64,000 bases of DNA, from positions 27,096,001-27,160,000 of the forward strand of contig CM052816.1 of NCBI GenBank assembly GCA_028534125.1. Direction: 5' to 3'. This document shows, in pieces, positions 1-12,000 of this stretch. Source of the stretch: Lama glama (taxonomy: Eukaryota). Each line of letters starts with the position of its first letter. The first letter of the stretch is position 1. The notes under the pieces were generated by a model. That model saw only the letters and a list, made by a program, of their open reading frames with translations. It made no database searches and was not told the origin of the DNA. The position numbers were made by a program, and so were the translations under genes.

Positions 1-145
1 TTCTATTTAGGCAGCTGTTTTTTGGTAGTAAGTTCATTAGTATAAATTTGTTCTTCATCAGTAGAATTCCAGCTCTATATTATTCCATCTAAAACAAGAA
101 AACTTTTTGGTCAGTAAGAGGAGGAACCAGTTCATCTAATCCTTC

Positions 146-175
146 CTATCTATCTATCTATCTACCTACCTATCT
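146..175. repeat. (CTAT)n/(CTAC)n microsatellite
   Basis: ctatctatctatctatctacctacctatc. Confidence 0.85.
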
Positions 176-254
176 CTGTCCTCTATGTATTTGTCAATTT
201 TGGCTGCCTACCTTTCACTTTCTTCTTCTAATAATACTGTAAGTTTTGAGGGGT

Positions 255-405
255 GAACTTCTCTCTCCATTCTTACCACTGTGATTTGAAAAAGATGTAA
301 CTGACTTAGTTAAGTCAGCCAATTCCATCATCTGGGCCACAAAGACTAGTTAACTATGGGCATGTAACCCATAGGCAGTGAGATGGGAGAAATGTTTGCA
401 GAGCT
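255..405. mobile_element. Old MaLR (MLT1-like) LTR fragment
   Basis: Resembles MLT1J/K-type sequence (tctgggccacaaagactagttaactatgggcatgtaaccc); diverged. Confidence 0.4.
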
Positions 406-419
406 TATATTGGAACCTT

Positions 420-777
420 TTCACATTGGGAGGACCAGCAGTTCAAACTGACCGGCACAGACATATCTAGGTATGAGTTTGCCTTTCCTCTAGTTCCAGT
501 ATCTGGGGACTCATTGTGTTTGATCAACTGGCATTGAATCCCACATCATATTGCATCAGAACAGGGACCCACTTTACAGCAAAAAGGTACAAGAAGTGGG
601 CCCATGATCATGGGATCCACTGGACCTATCACATTCCATACTACCTAGCAGTTGCTGGCCTGATAGAGAGTTAGAAAGACCTGGAGCAGGAGAACTGAAG
701 AATCAGGTAGGAGGCAATACTTTACAAGGACTAAGTGGCATCCCTCAGAACACAGTATATACTTTGAATCAAAGATC
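420..777 (+). mobile_element. ERVL-type internal region, decayed integrase core (5' part)
   Basis: Translates with frameshifts to WEDQQFKLTGTDISRYEFAFP ... IPHHIASEQG ... KWAHDHGIHWTYHIPYYLAVAGLIE, matching the ERVL integrase motif IASDQGTHF...HGIHWSYH...AAGLIE. Confidence 0.85.
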
Positions 778-960
778 TTTTTTTTTAATTGAAGTACAGT
801 AAGTTATAATGTGTCAATTTCTGGTGTACAGCACAATGTCCCAGTCATGTGTGTGTCTGTGTGTCTGTGTGTGTGTGTGTATATATTATATATATATATT
901 TTTTTTTTCATTAAAGGCTATTACAAGAAACTGAATATAGTTCCCTGTGCTATACAGGAT
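778..960 (-). mobile_element. L1 3'UTR terminal fragment (camelid-type)
   Basis: Poly(T) then aattgaagtacagt...atttctggtgtacagca...gaatatagttccctgtgctataca; same 3' end as the other L1 copies in the window. Confidence 0.9.
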
Positions 961-1088
961 AAAATTTCAATTAGTGACCTGTAAGCTTTAGTATAAAACA
1001 TGAAAAACTTTGGTTGAACAACAGTTGAAGAAATAGGACCTTTTTCATGCTACAGTATAAGACGAAACAGATCACAGGAATGTAACAG

Positions 1089-1165
1089 GAGGTCTAATCT
1101 CATTGCTGCTATTAAGACATTCTACAACCTTGGCCAAGTTACATTAACCTCTTCAGGTTTCTTTT
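1089..1165 (+). mobile_element. MIR core fragment
   Basis: accttggccaagttacattaacctcttcaggtttc resembles the MIR core. Confidence 0.55.
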
Positions 1166-1299
1166 CTACTTTTAATATTCTAGGTTTAACCATTTTTTCA
1201 ATTCTAAAATTATAATTATTTTGCTTTATACTCTTTAAAAATATTTAAAAATAAAAATATTTTTTATAAATTGTTCCTATTTATAGCCTATTCTATACA

Positions 1300-1482
1300 G
1301 TTTTTTTTGGTGTATATATATTTATATTTTATTGACATATAGTCAGTTTACATTGCATCAATTTCTGGAAGCTCATACGGTACAGCACAGCGAACTATAC
1401 TCAGTATCTTGCAGTAACTTATGGTGAAAAAGAATATGAAAACGAATATATGTATGTTCATGTATGACTGAAGTTTTATGCT
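1300..1482 (-). mobile_element. Short L1 3' end with inverted 5' segment (twin priming)
   Basis: 1325-1368 is the L1 terminus on the minus strand; 1369-1482 is the adjacent upstream L1 3'UTR in plus orientation. Confidence 0.85.
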
Positions 1483-1575
1483 GATCTTTTAATTGGTTCT
1501 GTTCCTCAATAGGAAGATCATGTGAGTCTGGGAACCAAGGGTGAAAACAGGAGTGGTTCCACTTAAATCACTCAG
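1483..1575 (+). mobile_element. ERVL internal region, continuation after insertion
   Basis: caataggaagatcatgtgagtctgggaaccaagggtgaaaacaggagtgg continues the integrase sequence interrupted at 777. Confidence 0.7.
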
Positions 1576-1579
1576 TGAT

Positions 1580-2580
1580 ATAAAATATACAATATAGTGG
1601 TTTCATCAGAGTCACAAAATTATACAACCATCACTAGTATCTAACTACAGAACATTTTCACTACTCCAGAAAGAAACTCCAGGCAGTCATTCTCCATTTC
1701 CCCCACTTCCATCTCTTGGCAATGACTAATGTGTGTTCTATCTCTACAGACTTCCCTATTCTAGACATTTCATATAAACAGTATCATATAATATGTGGCA
1801 TTTGTTCCCAAAGTATAATGTTTTCAAAGGTCAAAAGTTAGAGCAAATGTAGTATTTCGTTCCTTTTCATGGCTGAATAATATTCAATTGGGTAGATACG
1901 GCACATTTTGTCTATCTGTTCAACAGATGATTAACATTTGGGTTGTTTCCACTTTTTGGCTATTAGAAATACTGCTGCTATATAACCATTAGTGTGTATG
2001 TTTTTGTGAGGACATGTGTTTTCAATTCTTTTGGTATGCACCTAGGAATGGAAATTGTGTGGTTGTGCAGTACCTCTGTTGTTACTCTTTGAGGTACTGC
2101 CAAATTGTTTTTGAAATAGACAAATGTTCTAAAACATTTTATTTTTGTCTTAACTCTGACTTTAATTACATTGTGGTTAAACAATGGTATTTGTTCTTTG
2201 AGTCTTGTTTTATGACCTGATTTAGAGATAACTGTCACAAATGTTCTGTCTAGTTAAGAAGATTGTATATTTTTTATTGTTGCATGTAAATGTCTTTATA
2301 GCTTTGTTAATTCATATTTATATTCATTGCTGAATTTTTTCTGCTAGAATTATCAGTAATTGAGAAAGGTTATGTAAGGATTTGTCAACTTCCTTCTAAA
2401 GTCACATCAATTTTATGACTGTTTCATTACATACATATGTATTTTAAATGTAGTGTACTTCTGGTGAATCAAAATTTTTATCAAGATGGTTTGTTTTAAA
2501 CCTATTTTATCTACCATTAAAATAGCTACTCCAGCTTCCTTTTTGTTAGTAGTTACCTGGAATATAGTTCTCCATCACAT
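1580..2580 (-). mobile_element. Old L1M fragments (L1MB/ME-like 3' end plus older ORF2 remnant)
   Basis: catttgggttgtttccactttttggctatt, caattcttttggtatgcacctaggaatggaaattg; ORF 1978-2238(-) gives the L1 ORF2 C-terminal pattern. Confidence 0.8.
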
Positions 2581-2589
2581 ATCTCATTT

Positions 2590-3910
2590 GACATGCTGAT
2601 AATATGAGCAGCACTAAGTTTGTGCATGCACAAGTAATGACCGCTATGTCATAGGTGTCACCAGACCAACAAGGATTTTAAGACCTCACTGTTTTTTATT
2701 ATTATTAATAAACTTACATTTAAGAAAAAATTTAGGTTCACAGCAAAACTGAGTGGAAAGTACAGACTTACCATATACACAGCCCCTCCATATGCATAAT
2801 CTCGCCTACTACTGACATCCTGCACCAGAGTGATACATCTGTTACAATGGATAAACCTACATCAACATGTCATCATCACCCAAAGTCTACAGTTTACATT
2901 AGGGTTTACCCTTGGTGTTGTACATTTTACGGTTTTGGATAAATGTATAATGACATATATCCACCACTGTAGTATCAGAGTAGTTTCATTGTCCTAAAAA
3001 TCTGTGCTCTACCTTTTCATGCTTCCTTATCCCCAACCCCTGGCAACCACTAATCTTTCATATTGTCTCCAATGTTTTGTCATTTCCAGATAATATAGTT
3101 TTGAAGCACACAGTACGTAGCCTTTTCAGCCTGAATTGCTTTACTTAGTAATATGCATTTAAGATTCCTCCATGTCTTTTCATGGCTTTATAGCTGATTT
3201 TTTTTTTACTGCTGAATAATATTCCATTGCTTGGATGTATCCACAGTTTATCCACCACAGTTTAGCCACAGTAACTGGTTAAACCAAGATAACCAAGGAT
3301 ATCTTGGTTGCTCCAAAGTTTTGGCAATTATGAATAAAGCTGCTATAAACATTTACGTGCAGGTTTTCATGTGGATATAAGTATTCCATTCACTTGAACA
3401 GATACCAAGGAGCTTGATTATGTTTAGTTTTGTAAGAAACCACCAAATCGTCTTCCAAAGTAGCTGTTATCACTTTACATTCCACCAGCAATGAATGAGA
3501 GTTCCTGTTGCTCCACATCCTTGACAACATTTGATGTTGTCAGTGTTCTGGATTTTGGACATTTGAATAGGTCTGTAAGTGGTATCACTATTGTTTTAAT
3601 GTTCAATTCCCTGATTACATATAATGCTGAATATATTTTCATATGCTTACTTGCCATCTGAATCTTCTTTGGTGAGATGTCTGTTAAGGTGTCGGCCCAC
3701 TTTTTAGCTGGATTACTCATCTTATTATTGAGTCTCGAGTTCTTTGTATATTTTAGATAACAGTCCTTTATCAGATGTGTCTTTTGCAAATATTTTCTCT
3801 TAAGCTATGACTTGTCTTAGTTTCTTGAAGATCTCACTGATTTTAAAATATAATTTCAAAGATGTTAAAGTATGAGAAAATACGTATTTTTAGAATCAAT
3901 GAAATACAGT
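2590..3910. mobile_element. TcMar-Tc2 (Kanga/MER104-like) DNA transposon remnant, split by an L1
   Basis: End tagaatcaatgaaatacagta resembles the Kanga/MER104 TIR plus TA; pieces at ~2590-2696 and 3828-3910. Confidence 0.55.
2697..3827 (-). mobile_element. L1MB-like 3' fragment with TSD
   Basis: tttaggttcacagcaaaactgagtggaaagtacag 3'UTR; ORF2 remnant in ORF 3475-3789; TSD aagacctcactgttttt (2680-2696) / aagatctcactgatttt (3828-3844) followed by TTTT/AA. Confidence 0.9.
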
Positions 3911-4059
3911 AGTTCATGCAAAGATCTTAATGAATCTATAATGGTAACCAAGGAGAGGTCAGGCTTTGGTTTATCACGGAAACTGAATGACATAAGGCTG
4001 AGTATTATAGGGATCTGATCCCCAAAAGCAATAGTCTGTAATTATGAGTCAAATATAAT

Positions 4060-4930
4060 AGGAAGAAATATACTAAGAATAAACATAAAATTCTATACTT
4101 AGGTTCAAACAAAATAAAATTGAACAACTCTGGAAGTATAATATAGAATATAATTGATTTAATAATAAGCATTTAGTGATGTTAAAAACTGCCTTTAAGT
4201 TAAAAAATGTGAGGTGACTGCCAAGAAAAAAAAAGATATACAGAAGAGTTGCATCTTATGTGGTTATCAAAAAGTTCAAAAAGACAAGACTGAGTCATAG
4301 GAAATCTAATATTTCCCCTAAAGTATGGCAATGTATTTAGAGTTGAGAAAAATACCTATCTTTAAACTCTTAAATCATATTTAGACTTCACTACAGGAAA
4401 TATTAAATTAATGACCCATGAGTGTCCAGATTCACATTTCTCATCTCATGCTTACTCAGAGGCATATTTTTACTCAGTGGGCAGTATTTTATCTACTTTT
4501 GCTGAAACGGATAGTAGTATTACTGTTTCATGCATGTGAAATGTAGCTTCACTACAATCTCAGACTTGATTAATGTAAGAATAATTTGCACAAGGCAGGT
4601 AAGGGTCCTGTACTCTTTTATGCTACCTATTCTACATCTGGCATTTCATTCAATCCTCTGTGACACATTTACAAAAGAGTTGTTGACAAATGTGTAGAGG
4701 GCAGTGTTATTAACAAGGAATTGTCCTGGTGACACAACACCTTGTTCAATTAAGAAGAGGGATACTTAGCTTGGAGGAGGCAGCTTGAAAGCTATCTTCA
4801 ACTATTTGAAAGGCTGTCATGTTGAAGATGGGTTAGATTTAAGATGTGCTCCCCTGAAGTCAATACAATACTCCACATGTGGTCAACTAGTATGGAGCTC
4901 AGTGGGAAGATATCTTCCCATTTTCTTGAG
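4060..4930 (+). mobile_element. CR1/L3 LINE remnants
   Basis: ORF 4785: AIFNYLKGCHVEDGLDL matches the CR1 ORF2 C-terminal (FKYLKGCH.EEGLDL); 4080 region resembles the KCKVLHLG motif. Confidence 0.7.
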
Positions 4931-4999
4931 AGCTGGAAATGCAAGCAAAGACTGCAGTTGCTTTTTTGGCAGATATATCACACAATTGGCTCATGTTAC

Positions 5000-5800
5000 A
5001 CTTTCAATCAACAAAAAGTCCACTTCTTTCCACAAGATCTATGTTCTTAAACATATCTGCCTAATTCTGTGCATGCAAAGTTAAAATTTGCACTTAGTGA
5101 GGAGTGTACATTTCTCCCTTTTAAGTGAAGTTTTACAAGCTTTGCTCTTCAAATTCAGTTTATAGAGGATTTTTTTCTGGCAATAGTAAATTTGCTCTCC
5201 CATATAGTTTTTTGTTATTCGCAAACGAGGTATAATTGTTCTACACTTTTCATCCAAGATACTAAAGGAAAATATTGGACAAAATGAAACTCAGTGCAAA
5301 TCAGTGAAGGACTTGACTAGAAGCTCCCTCTAATTTGATGGCAATTCGTAAGTTAATGCTATCCTTCATTTCTTCCCATTACAATATCACAAATTAAGAT
5401 AAACCATCTTTATGGCATTTTCTTAAAAAAAATTAAATAGCATGATCCAAAATGAAATTAGCTTTCCTTGTTATGAATTATTCTAAGTACAATCATGCTA
5501 GCTAATCGTAATCATTTCCTAAATGCTTTTAAATTATTTAAATATCCTAAAGTTGTTTTTTGTTGCTAGAGATCAATGTCAAGTAAGTTTTATGGTTTTA
5601 ATTTCTGGAATATATCTTTATCATCCTTTTGAAAACTGGTACATCTTTCTATTTTCTACTCCTCTGGCATCTCTTGCATGTTTTGTGATTCCTCAAACAT
5701 CTCTGGCAGACTGTATGAATGCACCTGCAGAGTCTTTCATTTATTGCAGCTGTAATTTGTCTGAGCTTAGGCACCTAAACTTAATCAAAATAGCATAATT
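5000..5800 (-). mobile_element. CR1/L3 remnant, opposite orientation
   Basis: Diverged CR1-like text (tcatccaagatactaaaggaaaatattggac; cctttgaaaactggtacatc). Confidence 0.45.
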
Positions 5801-8800
5801 ATTACAGTAATCATACACGGAGATTAATTTGTAGAGTCAGTGTGTAAAGCGAAAATTGAGTAGGGCCAATAAGTACTCTTAAAATTTTTTAAATTGCCTA
5901 TACATGATTTTGGTATATAATTCTTTGTATATGTGATATGAATAGGTATACAGTGAATACAGTACATTGTAATCTACATATATGTAATATACACAATACT
6001 ATATAATATAAAATAAAGAGTCTCTATGAAAAAATACAATGCACACAGTATGAGGGAACATAGGGCCGAAATTCACTAAAGGGGCAAAAAACCCCAGCGT
6101 TTCGTGGCAGGCAGACTGTGGAGCTTGAAGTGAATTCAATGAATGAGTGGAAGAGAAACCTGCCATTTTTTCTGACTCTGAGTTTATACAGTTGCATTCC
6201 CATGAATAAAATACCCCTTCATGCCAGTCCACTGTCACTTTTCCTCAATTTTGTGCTTTATTTCTTCCTCCAGCAGGTTTTATTCTTTTCTGATGGAGTG
6301 GTGCATACTAAAATATCTCAAAGGGTAGAAAGTCAGAATATTTGGTAACCTTGAGTCAAAAAGAATCCTGCCTGTCACGTGTGGCAGATTTTATTTCCCA
6401 CAGCATTTCATCCCCTTAAAATCTGTTAAGAATTATCACATGAAGTCTTCATCATTCTGGTATCATGTTGGTCTCTTCCTTGACATCATCTAACCTGTTA
6501 CCCATACTTCAAATCCTGCCTATTAAAAGGAATTCCTTCCAGCTGGAGGATAACATGAAAGAAGAACCTATAGCCCCAACCTCAAGTTTCGTGGTAGTGG
6601 GAGTAAGTGATACAAAAAAAAGTCTTGAAATTTTGTTTAAAGAAAAGAACCAAATGCTGGAAACTTTCAAAGAGATTCAGAAGTAGAGTCTATATAGGAA
6701 ATTCTAGGGGCAAAGGAATGTGAAAACTTGAGAGATTACAAAGATAATTCAGATAAACATTTTCTTATGCCCCTCCCCATGTCAAACTATTGAAAATTGT
6801 ATTTAAAACCAAATCAAGCCCAAGCTATTTGCATTTCCTCTAGTCACCAGTCACTGTAGTTGCTCACTCACTTCTTAGCAAACATGAAGCAAAGAATGTG
6901 GACTGTCCACCTTAAACACTACCCCTGAGACTGAATGGTGTCATATAATGAAAAACCTGGACAGAACCAGTGAACACAGCCCCAACCTCAGTGTAGATCT
7001 GAGACATGTTTGATCTCCTTTGATAACTAAGAGTGAAATTAAGGCCAGTTTTATTTGGAGGTGGTGGGGTAGGGTGGCTGTGGAGGAAGGGGCACGTGCA
7101 GGTGAACCATCACTTTAAAGGAGTCAGTACAGCAGGAAAGAGGCAACAGAGAAAAACCCGCTGTGAAGTATTTCATTTTTGTGATTCTTTAACAATTTAC
7201 AAAAGCAATGGCACATAAGGGAAGTTTCCTTCTCTTTGGGGAATCATAAATAAAAGAGTGGTGTAATCAAAGGACAGAAGAAAAAAGAGACTTCAGGTAT
7301 TTAATTCTTATCTACCTCCTGCTCCATTATGTATAACTCCTGGGCAGGAGGCAGGGTTACAGAAAACAATAACTCAGCCTGCCCTACTTGCCAGAGCCTT
7401 CCAAATTCTGAGCCTGCTGCTCTAATTTACTGCTTTCTGTTCATTGTCTAGAGAAAGGTTTGAAGAGGTCTTCAGAAAAAAAAAAATGGTGATGTTTCTG
7501 CTGGATTTCCTATCAGGGTTTGTTTCTCTCTCTGACTGGTAGCACTTGCCACAGTTTAGGTTTCCAGACAGCCTGTGCTTCTGCTGGGGGAACTTCCAGA
7601 AACTTCTACCTGAAGTAGAGGCTGGGAGTCAGGAATGGAGACGGGGCTTCAACCGGCCCCTCTGCACCTGGGCGGTGTGAGGAGCATTAGGACAACCCAT
7701 GAGCATGAAGAGACCCTTTTCCTCCCACCCCCTAGCCTGGAATCCTGGCTTTAACTCTTATTTCTTTAAGCTTATACAGAACCACTCATGCCACAGCCAA
7801 TGTGGAATGATGTCGGGTGTTGATGCCTTAGCAGTGATCACTAACCGTGGTGAGGAAGAATATAATATGGTGAAGAGAAAGGTAAGCCAGATGGATTCTG
7901 CAGATAAGGACCGATGATTGTGACTCAGATACCTGTCTCAAACCAGAGATGACAAACCCTCACTTCAAGTTGTCACACTCACTCTTGGGAAATGCAACCC
8001 TAAATTCTTCCCCCTGAGAAAATAGCCATTGCTCCCCTATTTGATCTTTTTGAAATGCTTCAGAAACAAACTTTCAAACATTTCTCTCTGCAGGATCCTT
8101 TACTAATAAAGATGGAACACAAAGAAATCTTAATTTATGTTTGTGTCCCTGACTGAACCTTATGCTTTGATTAGAAAGCAATAACTTGCTATAAGAGCAA
8201 TTGCTAGAGGCCCCTTCTAGGACCTTGCAATGACATCACCAATAAATTTCAAACCATAATTTGGTAAGTGTTATTAAAATCAAACACAATATTTTTGGAT
8301 GAAGTCATGTCTTCTAAATGCTCTCACTATTACTTAACATCTTGTTACAGCAAAAGATCCTATCTTTTCATAGATTTATCACTATTTGAGAACACAAAGT
8401 GCAGAAGAATTGTCACTTGCCTGAGGTAATTCCATGCTAAAGATAAATCTAAAAAGGAAGTTTCAACATTAGAAGCAAGCCATGAATATGTATCAATGAA
8501 AGAATTTGTAAGAAGACATGGCATTGTAACTTGTTTCAATCACAACCCGTGACGGAAAAAAGTGACCATTAATCTTGTGGTCAAAGTTTCAGTTTTGACA
8601 TAAACCGTATTATTTCCCTAAGTCATTTGGAAAACAGGATCGAACAATAATTTGCACCCAAGATATTGTCCACACAAAATTAAAAACAAATTTGTCCTAG
8701 GAAAATGATGTGAATTTTCTTTCCATATAAAATAGAAATTACTTGTATAATTCTTAGTCTGCAATTAGAATTTGAAGCCAGTCATTACTATTTTTCACTT

Positions 8801-8912
8801 GGATGGTGAGTAAGGAAGCAAATATAACCAGACACTTGTGACTAAACAAAACAACAGCTATTCGAATGTGAATTTAGCAGACTGGCTATTACTACTGTGG
8901 GGCTGGGACCAA

Positions 8913-9034
8913 TAGGGCTGGGGCAAAGGTGAGGCAAGTAAGGTACCCAGGGTGCAAAGTTGAAGTCCATTCACTTAATTCTGAGTGAGCCTGCCTCCTT
9001 AAGTTTGGCACCTCTCCCCTCAGTCCCAGCCCTG
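8913..9034. mobile_element. MER91-like hAT-Tip100 MITE
   Basis: Terminal inverted repeats agggctgggg ... tcccagccctg; internal ggtgaggcaagt...cagggtgcaaa. Confidence 0.75.
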
Positions 9035-12000
9035 GAGAGAGAGATCAGTTCCAGGAGCTATATATGTTGTCTATGTGTGTGTGTGTATACATATATATGT
9101 ATGTGTGTGTGTGTATATATGTCTGATTGTATGTCAACGATCTGAAAACTGAAACAAAGCCTTGCAAACTGTAATTAATTTTTCTATATTACCCTGTACT
9201 CATGTTAAATTTCCCTCTTTATCATGTAAAAAAGTCTCAGGTTAAATAAGTTAATAAGAAAAATAAAAAAATGCTGTTTGGAGAGAGTTGATGCAGAACC
9301 AAGGGTAGAAAAATGACTGGCTAACATGGTTATTTAAACTTTCTTCCAAAGAACTATTTTGCTAGCATTTCCCCAACAGCCACATATCATGGGTAGAGAG
9401 CAAGCTGATCAAGTCACACTTTTGTAGGTAGAAAACCTACTGATTTAATCTGCTTTATAAATTCTCACCATAATAGTATAAGCAAGTCAGTTGCTTAAAA
9501 AATAACTGTGGAAGTGATTGAAAAAAAAAAATCTTCCTTGAGATTATGCAATGCTGGGATGTAAATTGACCAAGGAGCTCCTCAATGTCTCTCTCCAATG
9601 GTCTAAGAAGGAGTAAGTCCGATGTGGATTATTTCATCGTGAAAGTTGATGGAAAACCTTTGAGGATCTTCTGAAGGTGAAAAATGTTTTCTTGCAAAGG
9701 GCTGATTTTGCATTTACCAGTGGCACCCACAGCTATATGCCAGTGTCACATCGGCACAAATGACTTACATCCATAAATTCTCTTTCATCAGCACAATTGC
9801 CACAACTGTCCATGAAGTACAAAGATGCAGGGCCAAGTTTACAGATGCTCTCAGCATTTTCCTTTCCTTTCTGATTCTTTCTTTCTTCTTTCTTTGGGGA
9901 TATGACAGCCTGAAACCAAGGACTGTCTGCTTTTCTTCGAAGTAGCAAAAGATGTTTGCTATATATTTAAATTTTAGCCTCAGTTAAATTCGTATAGTTC
10001 TCTGATTATGCTTTCTTTCAATTAATAATAAACTGGTAACTGCGAACACTTTAAGGCACCTTACTTGAGTACTGATGTGCTAATTTTCTTTTCATTACGT
10101 TTACAAAACAAAGATGTCTGGCTTCCTACAAAGCCACAAACAACTAACTATGAATCTCTACATTTCAGCAAGCCCAAGGCAAATTACAAACATTGTAACT
10201 ACATATAAGCAAACTTTCAATGTCAAAGGTTCGATACGAGAGGGATGCAATGTGCTGATGACAGCAATAATTCACATTTCCAAGGATGCTTGCCATCTTG
10301 TCTCTGCAGACAGATTTCTTCCTAGCTACCAGTGGAAGTTTCCCAGTGAGATGCGGCTTTATTCCCTCCTGGCAGACTGGAAGAGGACGCTGTGAGGAAG
10401 CCGATGCCACCTGGCAGCAGTGGTGGCACAGACTGCTGGAGAGGCACAGATTGGAACCCAAGCTTCAGCAGAGGGCAGCTGTGACAGCGGCATATTTCAG
10501 AAATGTATTGCAAATTTCACGCAAGGGGTCCTTAAAATAATTTGAAAGTCTCCTTGGATTCATAGACTTTTAAGAGCAAATGCCTTGTCTTTGGAAATCA
10601 AAGCACTCCTCGCCTATTTTACATATCTGAAGGTAGATAAGAACTCCCAGCCACACTGCTTTTTAAAAATGCGCCATTGATTATGCTGTTTTCAAATTTA
10701 ATAAGCTACTGTTGATCATTGGCTTTCTCTAAAAAAAACAAAAACAAAGCCCAAACAAAACTGAGCCTTTTGGTGCTTCACAATGAAAAGAAAAGAATTT
10801 AAGTTATATAACACCACCTTTGAAGCCATCGCCCCCAAGGTCAGCTTTCTTAAACCACTCAGAATCTTTGTAACCAGCTTGACTATTCATCTTGTGCTTA
10901 CCATGATGTCTTCAAAGGAAAGGGAGATAGATGATAATGGAAGAAGTGTATCTTTTGGGATCCCACAAAAAATTCTGAGAAATATCATCTTTCCTATTAA
11001 TTTCTTTAGCTATCCTCTTCCAGAGATGGTTTCTGGATCAATGGGGATGGCTCATCAGGGTAATGAATCCCAGACATAGCAGAAACACAACCTGGGGGAC
11101 TTCTTTAAGCAAAATACTGAGGAATTGCAAATAACAAATTAAATGCAGAGACTTGACGTCCTAAAGCGTAATCTTCATTAGCTTCATGATCAATCCACCT
11201 CAGGGTCTTATACAAATGTATAAGGCCTCCTTCTGACAGGCAGTGTGATGGGCTGGATCGAGTTTTTACATTTATTGAGAGCATGGACAGGGTTTTGTCT
11301 GCATGCAGTTCCTAAGGGTGTGAGGAAGGACCGACCGTAGGGCTTCTTCAAAGGAGTGAGACCTAAAGCCAATGGAGTCAACTTTTAGGGATATGGAGAA
11401 TAGTTGGTCAAATAAGAAGAGTTGACTAGACTTTTACTTCTTTCCATTACTGTCTCTGCAAAATGCAGTTTTAAAAAGTCTGTGAAGCCAAAGAAATGCA
11501 GAGTTCTGACAGCTGTTTGACTCTTTTTAAACCAGCAACCTGGCCACTTGTTTTATCCTTTTAACTAGCCACTCCAATGTGAAAGGGCAATTCCCACTGT
11601 TAGCTACAGGGCTGAGAACTATAAGCAGATTGTTAAACTTGATCATTACAGGTTGACAGCCTATCTATAAATCACTCCAATGGCCACTGCAAAGTAATGC
11701 CATCTCCACACACGGACTATCAAGAACCTAGCATTATGCAGGGGCGTCCATCTCCCAGTGGGTGATGACAAGTCCGTTTAGGGCATGACAATCTCAGACA
11801 CTGTCTTAATCAATTCAGAATCACTATGTCTAAAGTTTTCAGCCAAAGCTGACTCATAGTTCAAAACTGGTAGAAATAGCCCCCCAAATTGGCAAATACA
11901 GAGTGTATTAAATTTCAGCCAGGACGGGGTCAGTACCAGGGCATTTTGTATAGGAAAAAAGCATTCTATTCACCAGCACTTAACTGATTCCCTTGATGGC

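Noticed and set aside
6060..6130. gggccgaaattcactaaagggg resembling an ancient amniote repeat terminus
   Set aside because: No matching inverted end found; cannot be supported without a Dfam search.
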